From the IMG/VR virus record IMGVR_UViG_3300033075_000331: a stretch of 64,000 nt of DNA; one strand, written 5' to 3'. Of this stretch, positions 50,883-59,647 are shown piece after piece. The notes under the pieces are model-generated. The model was not told the origin of the DNA. It worked only from the letters and a program-made list of their open reading frames with translations, and did not search any database. A program made the position numbers and the translations under genes. Source of the stretch: an uncultured virus (IMG/VR IMGVR_UViG_3300033075_000331). Taxonomy: Duplodnaviria > Heunggongvirae > Uroviricota > Caudoviricetes. Every line of letters begins with the position of its first letter. Within the stretch, counting starts at the first letter, position 1.

Positions 50883-52502
50883 TTAGATATCACCACGAAC
50901 GAAGTCCGCAATGATCGACGGTGTTGCCGTGTCAAAACCAACGACGTCCAACTGGTTTCGATCTGCTGGGTCTGCAATCGTGAATCCGTTTGAGACCATA
51001 CCAACAACAATCATCTTGGCGTCGGGCTTATCCATCGCCTTTCGGTACTGTGATAGAGCCTGACTTGGGTGAGCCACACGTCCTGCCCACGTTTCGCTGT
51101 CAGTGTAGACCGCAAACGCATCTACATCGACCTTGTTCTGCTTTGCCCACAACATTGGAAGTGAGCAGTCCGTTCCGCCCATCGGGATACGATCTATTGC
51201 CGCATGAACTTCTGCAAGTGTCATGTTTGGCGTAAGCTTCGCACTAACGAGCTTATCAGAGAATGCCAATACTTCACATTCCTTTTCAACTCGGTACGTT
51301 ACCATAGCCATAACAGCCGCACCAATTCTAGGCGTCAAACCCGGAACACCCGCCAATTCTGACCAACTCATAGAACCCGAGACGTCAAGCGCCAAGACGT
51401 TCTTTTTGTTGGTTGGAACAACGTTCTTGAATGCCGCATAGAACGACGTATCCAATGCTCCAATGATGGAGTGATTTGGTAGCCAATTCAATGAACCACG
51501 GACACCATGCCCACGCTGATACGTCAAGAGCGCAGACAAAATCTGAATTGGGTGAATCTTGGACTTACGCAAATCCTCGACATTTGACAACTTGTCGATA
51601 ATTGCCTTCGTACCATTCGATAGTGGGGCAATGTACCCAACCGACGTCATCTTGGCAAGGTTACGAACCAATGCCGTGTATCCCATGTGAGGAACAAGAG
51701 CTTCCCACACGCGCTTGTCGTTTAAAGACTCCGTTGGGAGCACTTCACGTGGCAAGCGATGTGCCTCAATCAACTTGACGATCTGCTTCACGTCCGTTGT
51801 GCGCTTGACTTCCTCGATAGCTGCCATGTATTGCGCAACATCAACGTCAATGTCAAGGAACGTATCTTCCTTCACCTTATCGGCCAAGAAAGCAAACAAC
51901 GCTTCGTGAGTAGGCGTTGCAGGAGTTGGGTGCGCAAGACGCAGAACGTCCAAGTGCGTCCAACCATCACGGTTTGCATACTTCGTGATTTGCTGTGCAA
52001 GCTGCAATGGCGACTTCTCATTGTACCACTTGGAGAATCCACGACGGATACCACGTCCCCACGAACGCATAGCGTCAACATATGCGGCCAAATGGAGAAT
52101 ATGCGTACCGATACGCGCAACCTGTGGGATGGCGTTTTCTGCGGCCTTACGAGCCTCTACATCACCATGCGTGAGCACGAGTGCAAGCGCAAACAATGCA
52201 GGATCGTTCTTTGGCGCACGACCGGATTCTGAGATTTCGACGATTTCCTTGACGACCGCAACGCCATTGGACGTAATCAACTTCACGATGCGCTTGGCGT
52301 TCTGCTCGGTCAACTTCGACTCCGATGCATAGAACGAACCACCTTCGGTTCCAAGGATCAAGAAACGACGGAGCAAGCTCATGTCGTCTGGTGTGAAGGA
52401 ATATCCACCCGCCGAATTCTTAACCATCGGCTTGCCCGGAATAGGCTTCGTCTGTGGGGTGGATGAACGGTTTTCGATTGACTTCAAATAAACATTGGAC
52501 AT
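50883..52502 (-). CDS. rsr: Ro60/Rsr TROVE-vWA RNA-binding protein
   Basis: NSAGGYSF, RRFLILGTEGGSFY, KYANRDGWTHLDVLRLAHP, ALDVSGSM (MIDAS), GGTDCSLPM, TDSETW, DVVGFD. Confidence 0.97.
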   Translation of the reverse strand: MSNVYLKSIENRSSTPQTKPIPGKPMVKNSAGGYSFTPDDMSLLRRFLILGTEGGSFYASESKLTEQNAKRIVKLITSNGVAVVKEIVEISESGRAPKNDPALFALALVLTHGDVEARKAAENAIPQVARIGTHILHLAAYVDAMRSWGRGIRRGFSKWYNEKSPLQLAQQITKYANRDGWTHLDVLRLAHPTPATPTHEALFAFLADKVKEDTFLDIDVDVAQYMAAIEEVKRTTDVKQIVKLIEAHRLPREVLPTESLNDKRVWEALVPHMGYTALVRNLAKMTSVGYIAPLSNGTKAIIDKLSNVEDLRKSKIHPIQILSALLTYQRGHGVRGSLNWLPNHSIIGALDTSFYAAFKNVVPTNKKNVLALDVSGSMSWSELAGVPGLTPRIGAAVMAMVTYRVEKECEVLAFSDKLVSAKLTPNMTLAEVHAAIDRIPMGGTDCSLPMLWAKQNKVDVDAFAVYTDSETWAGRVAHPSQALSQYRKAMDKPDAKMIVVGMVSNGFTIADPADRNQLDVVGFDTATPSIIADFVRGDI

Positions 52503-52531
52503 AAAACGTACCTCAATAAAGGTAAAATTGT

Positions 52532-52595
52532 GATGATCAAATAAAACGTACAGGAGTTTTATCTTAAAAGGATAATCCTATACAGCCGTACCATC
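52532..52595 (-). ncRNA. Y RNA-like 1 (minimal)
   Basis: 5' GATGGTACG...stem...TTATC...stem...TTTGATCATC 3'; ends pair with a single bulge. Confidence 0.75.
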
Positions 52596-52598
52596 TAG

Positions 52599-52721
52599 TT
52601 GGGACCGAAGGATTCGAACCTTCACCACGCCTTCCGAATAGGTAACGTTTCTCAAGGCGTACCATTACTGGTCAAGAAATAGAAAAACGAATTACGTGTG
52701 CTTCCGTTACACTAAATCCCA
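52599..52721 (-). ncRNA. tRNA/Y-RNA chimera
   Basis: Canonical acceptor, D and T arms; anticodon arm replaced by an extended stem ending in TTGACCA-GTAA-TGGTACG. Confidence 0.8.
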
Positions 52722-52727
52722 ATAAAA

Positions 52728-52784
52728 GCGGTCAAAAGTCGCGAAGGGGCATTGTTTGGAAGATAACCCTTCACATCGTACCGC
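52728..52784 (-). ncRNA. Y RNA-like 2 (minimal)
   Basis: GCGGTACG-ATGTGAAGGG-TTATC...CCCTTCGC...TTTTGACCGC. Confidence 0.8.
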
Positions 52785-52797
52785 GTTAAAACAAATG

Positions 52798-53006
52798 TGC
52801 GTGCGCTACATGGTATTGTAGTCTTGCGGTCGAAAATCGAATGATTGCTCACCCACGACAACGATTTCCTCTGTAAACTATTCATCAGATAGCGGACTTA
52901 CGGAGACGTCGATTTTAATTTTCCTACCGTTATCTGCGCTGTGCCTCTGCCAACATCACAACACAGGTGGTTGTGATGACCGATAGATTGGTTACACTAC
53001 GCACGC
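52798..53006 (-). ncRNA. Expanded tRNA-derived structured RNA
   Basis: GCGTGCG/CGCACGC-A acceptor, TAGTGTAAC D-arm start, CTACA/TGTAG T-like stem, inserted hairpins. Confidence 0.65.
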
Positions 53007-53019
53007 GAAAAACTTACAA

Positions 53020-53238
53020 ATGGTCAAAAACGATTTGGGGCTATTGGTGTCGTCATCACACCGCAACCTCTCGCGAGGATTTGTTGGTATTTCCAACCTT
53101 GTCGTCTGCAATACTACATAAAATCGCCGCTTAGGACTTGTGGTTGCATTACCCACCATTCACATTATGTACTTCTTTGGCCGCATGTGATGCACGGACG
53201 TTTCGAATTTTTAAGATAACCCAATATCAACGGACCAT
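53020..53238 (-). ncRNA. Y RNA-like 3 (long, multi-hairpin loop domain)
   Basis: ATGGTCCG-TTGATATTGGG-TTATCT...CCCAAATCG-TTTTTGACCAT. Confidence 0.8.
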
Positions 53239-53247
53239 CGTACTACA

Positions 53248-53322
53248 TAGCGGGGTCACGATTCGCACGTGATCTGTTGCCAAGTTATGAGCATGGTGAG
53301 CGGCTTTTGCTCCATCCCCGCG
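53248..53322 (-). tRNA. Initiator-like tRNA-Met(CAU), atypical
   Basis: CGCGGGG 5' end with a 1:72 mismatch, loop CTCATAA; lacks the three anticodon-stem G-C pairs. Confidence 0.7.
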
Positions 53323-53329
53323 ATACAAG

Positions 53330-53400
53330 TAGCTCGCCTAGGAATCGAACCTAGTTTTCTAGCTTATGAGGCTAGCGTGATGCCAATTCACTTTCCAGCT
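53330..53400 (-). tRNA. tRNA-Met/Ile2(CAU), acceptor mismatches
   Basis: CTAGC-CTCATAA-GCTAG anticodon arm, canonical T arm. Confidence 0.75.
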
Positions 53401-54273
53401 ATATAGCTCTGTCTATGACAACAGAGCCGAACTTAACTTTACTGATGTTGATCTTTTCGGTGGTGCCTGAACCGTTAACGTCGTCGAACCTACCGATGGT
53501 GTGCTAAGCAACCCCGATACCGCTGTGAACGACGTATTTGTGAACGACCCCGTGCATCCAACCGATACCCACTGATTTGTAGCAGGGAAGGTCGTCATGG
53601 AATACGAGGCGCTTACTATACCATTGTAAGGTGTTCCTTGTCTTACATTGATATCAGACGCCACCGGAACTAAAAAGGGCGAATCAACACTTCCAATTCA
53701 TCAATATTTTCTGCGACGTTATCTGGTAGTTGACGAGCGATCAAGACCATCGCCTTGTTCGTGTTTTCTGCCATCAAACGACCCTGAGCAACAATTTCCG
53801 TACGAGTAGAATTCAGCACAACGTAATCAAATACTTGTTTGGGCTTCACTGTCTCTGCCATAACCGACTCCTTGTTAGAGCGCCGACAATTCCAGTAGTC
53901 GGGCCTTCTGTGTGTCGGTTAGACGTGTGACGCTTTTGAGAAGTAACAAATCCATCAAGTCAATTCATTCTATCACCAATTCAAATGGATAGAATACATA
54001 TGGGTCATCGTCTACTTGACGTTCAAGCAATACCCAAATTTTGACGTGTTTTCTCCAATCTTCGTGTTCGTGGTGCGTGATTTTGACCACTTTTCCACTA
54101 TCATTCGTTTCTATTGATCGAACTATATCACCAAGTTTTGGCAGGGGCATTTGGTTTCTCATGTAAATATTGAGATAACCATTTAGTAGAGAGTGGAGAC
54201 CGAATATCCTCTACGCTCGGTCTTACACGTTACAGCGCCACATGCAGTTGTGACTGAGGAATTTCATTACAAG

Positions 54274-54347
54274 TCGGGAAGACAGGATTCGAACCTGCGG
54301 TCTTTCGGTCCCAAACCGAACGCGTTACCGGACTACGCTACTTCCCG
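54274..54347 (-). tRNA. tRNA-Pro(UGG)
   Basis: Canonical cloverleaf, loop TTTGGGA. Confidence 0.95.
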
Positions 54348-54770
54348 AAAATCATAATATCCAAACTGTACTGCCGTTTTTCTACGATGACAATTCGCAC
54401 ATCGTACTTCACATTTCGCGATTTCTGCGAGAATTACTTTAATCGACAATCCTCGCAACATGTTAGCAATTGAATCTCGTTTTTCACCTGTGACGTGATC
54501 AAATTCTAAAACTATAGGATCGTTCTCACCACAATCAACACAAGGATGTTCCGCAAGATATTGCCAAATGAATTTTCTGTTTCGTAGACGACTTCTTGTA
54601 TTTTTTGCTTTTGCTTTATTGCGTCTGAGCGGGTTATTCCTATAGTACGCTTTATCGTATTCTTTACAACAAAGTTTACACTTTCTTTGTCTTCCATCAA
54701 TTTCAGAGCATTTCTTATAAAATTCTGTCAACTCTTTGGCGATTTGACAAATATTACATACTTTTTGCAT
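54333..54770 (-). CDS. HNH homing endonuclease
   Basis: PCVDCGE...LEFDH...CANCHRRKT; stop lies inside tRNA-Pro; paralog of 12522-13241. Confidence 0.88.
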   Translation of the reverse strand: MQKVCNICQIAKELTEFYKKCSEIDGRQRKCKLCCKEYDKAYYRNNPLRRNKAKAKNTRSRLRNRKFIWQYLAEHPCVDCGENDPIVLEFDHVTGEKRDSIANMLRGLSIKVILAEIAKCEVRCANCHRRKTAVQFGYYDFREVA

Positions 54771-54844
54771 AGAGGCTAACGTAAGAGACCCCTATAAATA
54801 TGTCACCCGCTTTGAAATCTACTAATCGCGCCCAAATTGTTTAA

Positions 54845-55750
54845 AAGAGAGTGAAAGGCTGAGACTATACCTTTCGTAGTTACCCGTTTGTTGGATTATG
54901 TAACCAGTTCCGCAACCGATTATTTCCCATCTTATCCAGAGACTCATGTCCCTCGGTAACCATAGCGGCCTTTTTATACGAGTGGCTTGTCTCGTGTCGC
55001 ACATAGTCTACTCGACGTTTCGCTTACCGTCAGCCTTGCGAGCTATGAAGAGGCGCTAACCTCACCGTGCAGTTTCACGTCAAACTCTTTTCCTCTTGGG
55101 GAGGAGTTGAGCACTCTATTCATCTTGCGATGTAGAGCATTACGCTATTTTTCAGCTATGTACCGGAAGCGTCTTTCCAGTTTTTTTGTTGTCAATGATG
55201 GAATCGAACCACCAATCTATATCTTAGCATGAAATTGCCTTACCATTAGGCCAATCGACAGTCCTATGAATTCGTGCGCTTCCGCTTGGTCCACACTCTT
55301 TTGAAGTGCAGAATGCTAGACGAACTCTGCTGTATTTCCCTTGCGGGTACTTTACCGAATTTTGCGACACAAGCAACCCTTCTATTTTGGCGGGCACCCG
55401 TACCACTCATTCTGTCACTCCACCCTCGATTGCAGTCTCGGATGTAGCAACTACCTCTTTAATTACTCCGTCGTATTTTGGTTTGATTGGACCCCGGCAC
55501 CACCCGTCAGTGTTCATGCTCCCGTGTTACCCTGTAGAGGGCACGTAAGAACATGTTTTTTCCAGTCAAATACTTCCGGCCTATATCCTATGCTTCCATA
55601 GAATCGGTGTCTTTGGAACACCATTATGAGGCTTGCTTGGATTGACCATATCTTGCGATGTGGCGACTCGCTATAGGTGGCGAGCCTTTATGCATGTTAC
55701 CATGCACTGTCCGTTCCAAGCAACGTTTCATTCAATTGTGAATCAGCAAC
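54845..55750 (-). ncRNA. Large structured ncRNA region (GOLLD-like candidate) with an embedded tRNA
   Basis: No credible ORF, dense hairpins with GCAA tetraloops on the minus strand, sigma70 promoter directly upstream. Confidence 0.65.
55189..55260 (-). tRNA. Atypical tRNA (GCU anticodon, short variable arm)
   Basis: Acceptor, D and T arms recognisable; loop ATGCTAA; anticodon stem mismatch. Confidence 0.6.
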
Positions 55751-55755
55751 TTCTG

Positions 55756-55784
55756 TATCTTACTCGACTGACCAGCGTTTGTCA
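55756..55784 (-). promoter_or_regulatory. Sigma70-type promoter
   Basis: TTGACA-17 nt-TAAGAT. Similar promoters: TTGACA-17-TATCTT (about 56394-56422), TTGACA-17-TATACT (about 59871-59899), TTGACT-17-TATGTT (about 41580-41608), TTGACT-17-TATATA (about 50839-50867). Confidence 0.75.
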
Positions 55785-55856
55785 AGCCCTGTCCCGGTAA
55801 CGATCCGAGTTCTCAACTTTACAAGAGTTGTGCATCACCGTTAATGCTTACAGGGC
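55785..55856 (-). tRNA. tRNA-Thr(UGU)
   Basis: CAACT-CTTGTAA-AGTTG anticodon arm; variant T-loop. Confidence 0.85.
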
Positions 55857-55860
55857 AAAG

Positions 55861-56289
55861 TTAATGCGATTTACCAGAATGATATCTGTTCATTCTATCC
55901 CAACGTCCATTTCCTTTATTTAATGCTTTGTATGTAGGAGTCAAACTATGACAGTTTGGACAAAGCAGTTGTAAATTGTCTAATGAGTTGTTGTTAGAAT
56001 TTCCATCAATATGTTCCAACTCAATCGGTATTTTACCCGACGTTGGATTTCGTTCTCCCCACCCACACTTCATACATTGTTCACCAAACGTTTGTACCAA
56101 GTATTTCTTGTATTGGCTTACATATAGAGAAGTATCACCCGCATGAATTTTCTTAAATGCTAATTGTCGTCTACGATCTACCTGCGCCAATGCTCCACAG
56201 GATCGTGAACAGTATTTACCTCTATAGCACGTCGAAAATTCTATCTTACAACGCAAACATTGCTTGCGTTGTACCTTAGTTTTGCTCAT
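55861..56289 (-). CDS. HNH homing endonuclease
   Basis: CMKCG...ELEHIDGN...NLQLLCPNCHS; sits between two tRNAs. Confidence 0.9.
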   Translation of the reverse strand: MSKTKVQRKQCLRCKIEFSTCYRGKYCSRSCGALAQVDRRRQLAFKKIHAGDTSLYVSQYKKYLVQTFGEQCMKCGWGERNPTSGKIPIELEHIDGNSNNNSLDNLQLLCPNCHSLTPTYKALNKGNGRWDRMNRYHSGKSH

Positions 56290-56290
56290 A

Positions 56291-56362
56291 AGCACCAGAC
56301 GGGGATCGAACCCGTGACATCAACTTTGGCAAAGTTGCATTCTACCGCTGAATTACTGGTGC
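56291..56362 (-). tRNA. tRNA-Gly(GCC)
   Basis: Canonical cloverleaf, loop TTGCCAA, U73. Confidence 0.95.
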
Positions 56363-56462
56363 GTTGTGAATGTTAGACGATCAACACTCCTAGAAGATAC
56401 ATAATGGCCCACCCATTGTCAAGGGGGGTGGGCCATTATTCATAAGTATACTGGTTTTCGAA

Positions 56463-58309
56463 TTATCGACCAGTCCACTTCAAATAATCAAAACTCCACC
56501 GATAGTTCTGACTGTACTGCTTTCCACCACCCAAGTATCCAGTATTGACCCCGGAAGTGAAGATTTCGTCACCCCATGTGCGATATTTTTCGTCGCCCGT
56601 CATGAAGAACACCCAACCGTAGACCGGAACGATGAGGTTATTCAAGTCAGGCGTTGGCTGCATACCACCCGTTGAGACCACGCGATCTGTGTAACGGAAT
56701 GCCTTCGTAGTCGCATCCCATCCATGAGCCATCATCCAATCTGCCCCTTGCTGCACGTACCACAAGACACGAGGATCGCCCGTAACAGTGTGATACTTGA
56801 TCAAGGCTTCTGCGGTCAAGGCAAACATAAAAGGACGTACAAAGTCTGCCGTTTGTGACAATGCCCATTGATCGATGTGACCCAAGGCAATATCCACATA
56901 ATCCGCCAATTTTGGATTTCGTGGTGCTCCCAACAATTCTGCTTCCAACATTGCACTAATTTGGTATGCGACTTCACGGCTATAATCCTGTGGAATTACG
57001 TACGTGAGGATTGGAGGACGGACCAAGGACAATGCAGCGGACTTTGCAGCGGGATCACCTGTGCGTTCGAACTCCATGCGTAGCCCTTGAGCAAATACTC
57101 GCCACAACGGAATTTGACCATTGTTCGAAGATACATACGGCAAATACATTGCTTTTACATTATCAGAACATGCATAATAGGACGCGTCATTTAGGTACTT
57201 CGCAATATTGTGATATACCCGAATTCCATCGTAATACCAAACGCCAGTTTCTGCCCCCGGACTCAATGCCTGAGCACAGTACGTTTTACCAAACGACTTC
57301 ATGTCAGATTCCCATCGAGTCTTAGCTGGTAGAGGGGGCGCAGAAGCCGCTACAACAGCCGTAGGCGTCACAACGGGCATCACGACGACTGGCACATCCA
57401 ACGTCTTTACTTCGCCTGTCCCACGGTCCTTAGCGGTCAATGTGATGGTATATGACCCTACTGGTGTAGTGGTTGAGGTAGAAATCTTGTACGCTACGTC
57501 TTGGTTTCCCTGATATGCATAATCCTGTGTTGCGCTTTGAATGCAGCATCCACCATCTGCCCATTTCCATGTGACACCGGGAATTGCGTTGGTGACCGTA
57601 ACATCTACGTGGGCCGTTGACGTGCCGTTATTTACCGTGACGTCACCAAACAATGCCGATCCAGCCATTACACGACGAGGTTGCGTACCTTTAAAAGACA
57701 AGCGCAAATTTCCCGTTGGTGTAGGAGTCGGTGTAGGAGTAACGGTCGTATCCGGATTTGGGGTCGGTGGAGGCGTGACTACAGTATCCGGATTTGGGGT
57801 AGGAGTCGGTGGGGTTCCTGCGGTCACAGTGACAGGTACAGTTACCGTAGCAGTACCATAAGTCAATGTGATAGTTGCAGTTCCAGCTTTCTTTGGAGTA
57901 TGAAGCTCATACTTACGCTGCGACTTTCCCCATGCCACCGATAGCAATGTTGAATCAGAAATTGTCAATTTTGCCGAATCGGAAACAACTTTACCATCCG
58001 TCGTGACCGAAACTCCCAAGACAGCACTTGTCAATGGAGAAATTGTCAAATTGACAGCAGATAGTGATGGTACAACCTTAGTAACAGGCACCGCCACTAC
58101 ACTATCTTTACACGTGGCAGCAATAGAATCAATTCGATTAGCAAAACGACGCACAACAGTCTTTCGCGGCGCTGCGTTTACACGATTTGTTTCTGCACGA
58201 AGTGAATCGGTTGTTGGTCTAATTTTTGGTGCACAAACAGCCTGTGCATCAGCTATACTTGCAAAAGCTGTTGTAACAATCAACGTCGCAAGATAAAATA
58301 CGTTCTTCA
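56463..58309 (-). CDS. Secreted multidomain protein (Ig-like, PT linker, alpha/alpha-toroid-like domain)
   Basis: Signal peptide ending ADA, PTPNPDT repeats, aromatic-rich helical C-terminal domain. Confidence 0.7.
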
Positions 58310-58417
58310 TGAAATATCTCGTAGTGGTGGGTACAAACATAAATAGTCACGACATAAGGCGCACTCCTAATCTAGAACCTAGATATAAGGAGTGCGCCTT
58401 ATGTGTTAACGTTCTAA

Positions 58418-58693
58418 TTAGCCCCAAGGGAATCGAACCCCTATTCATTGATCCACATACCACTATAGCTTTCGCTACCGAATTTTCGTTTGTGGTCTGG
58501 ACTATATCTTGATCTTTGATTTCTCAATCAGACCTGTCCCGTTTAGTCTCTACACCATTTATCTTTTCAGACTTTTGGCTCGGTATTGCCATTTTACAGG
58601 GTTCACCGAATTTGGGACAATTCAATCACAATATTTCTATTGTGTTGCTCCGGTTAGTTAAAGTCAATTGTCTTACCGTTAGACGAGGGGCCA
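58418..58693 (-). tRNA. tRNA-Gln(UUG) interrupted by a group I intron
   Basis: Exons 58661-58693 and 58418-58455 join to give ATTGA-CTTTGGA-TCAAT; U1-A72. Confidence 0.88.
58456..58660 (-). mobile_element. Group I intron (205 nt, no ORF)
   Basis: P/Q/R/S-like elements AAATTCGGTGAA, AATACCGAGC, GTAGAGACTA, GATATAGTCC; 5' exon ends in U, intron ends in G. Confidence 0.92.
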
Positions 58694-58796
58694 TCATTAC
58701 CATTTGTTTGAATTCTATATGGTGAAGAATTTCTTGCGATCTGCATTTAAAGTGTAACTTCTTGCCTATGTTACCGCCCTAAACCAGTGCTTACTA

Positions 58797-58868
58797 AGCG
58801 CATGAGCGGATTCGAGCCGCTGACTCAAGCTTGGAAGGCTAGCATGTTTCCGACTACACCACACGCGC
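58797..58868 (-). tRNA. tRNA-Gly(UCC)
   Basis: Loop CTTCCAA, U73. Confidence 0.9.
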
Positions 58869-58997
58869 ATTGAGCCTAGAATTAATTTGCACAGTTTTAA
58901 GCGTTGCTGACCGCTGACGTTCTTTCGACTCGATCAACTGTACTAGGCTCAACCCCAATAAGACCATCTATGAGGCAGTTTGTGATCTATCGAAAAG

Positions 58998-59080
58998 TGC
59001 TCAAGGCGAGACTCGAACTCGCAATCCCTAGTGAGAAACAGTTTTTGAGACTGTCGTGTATACCATTCCACCACTTGAGC
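58998..59080 (-). tRNA. tRNA-Leu(CAA)
   Basis: Loop CTCAAAA, long variable arm. Confidence 0.93.
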
Positions 59081-59335
59081 GTAAAGTCATTCTCGTTGGT
59101 CACGCAGTCGAACAACTAACTACTCTGCGGCCTTTCGGCTATGTTCTTATATAAGTATCACAGGATGCGATAAACCACCACGATTTTATCATAACCTCCA
59201 TAACAATAATGATACTTGACGTCTATTACATCGGTTTCTCGAAGTGTCCTCAAAAATTCATTAGCTTTATCAATTCCTAAATCCCGCTTGTCATTATTGT
59301 GTGTATCTCTGAACGTCTTGATTTGGATTTTCATA

Positions 59336-59408
59336 TATCCTTGCTGAGATTCGAACTCAATTTTACAGTTTAGGAAACTATCGTGTTGTCCAATTACACT
59401 ACAAGGAC
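59336..59408 (-). tRNA. tRNA-Arg(CCU)
   Basis: Loop TTCCTAA, cloverleaf. Confidence 0.88.
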
Positions 59409-59416
59409 ATTTTGAT

Positions 59417-59485
59417 AAGATACCGGAGAATCAAACCCGGACCACCACCCTCAACGTGGGTATTCTATCATTGAACTATATCTTA
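59417..59485 (-). pseudogene. Degenerate tRNA-like element
   Basis: Acceptor-like AAGATA/TATCTT, D arm GTTCAATGATAGAAT, distorted anticodon and T loops. Confidence 0.5.
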
Positions 59486-59491
59486 TCTATA

Positions 59492-59577
59492 TGCGCTTGA
59501 CAGGAGTCGAACCTGCACATCAATCATACGATACAACCTTCTCAAAGTTGCGTGTCTACCAGTTTCACCACAAGCGC
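59492..59577 (-). tRNA. tRNA-Leu(GAG)
   Basis: Loop TTGAGAA, long variable arm. Confidence 0.92.
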
Positions 59578-59647
59578 GTGGATGAGTAATAAATCTTCCG
59601 GTATGGGAGAGTTTTGTGTCATACCAAATGAAAACTCATCACTCAAG

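Noticed and set aside
52500..53250. CRISPR array or retron-type ncRNA
   Set aside because: Recurring motifs are short and structural, not identical repeats with regular spacers; no cas or reverse transcriptase gene in the window.
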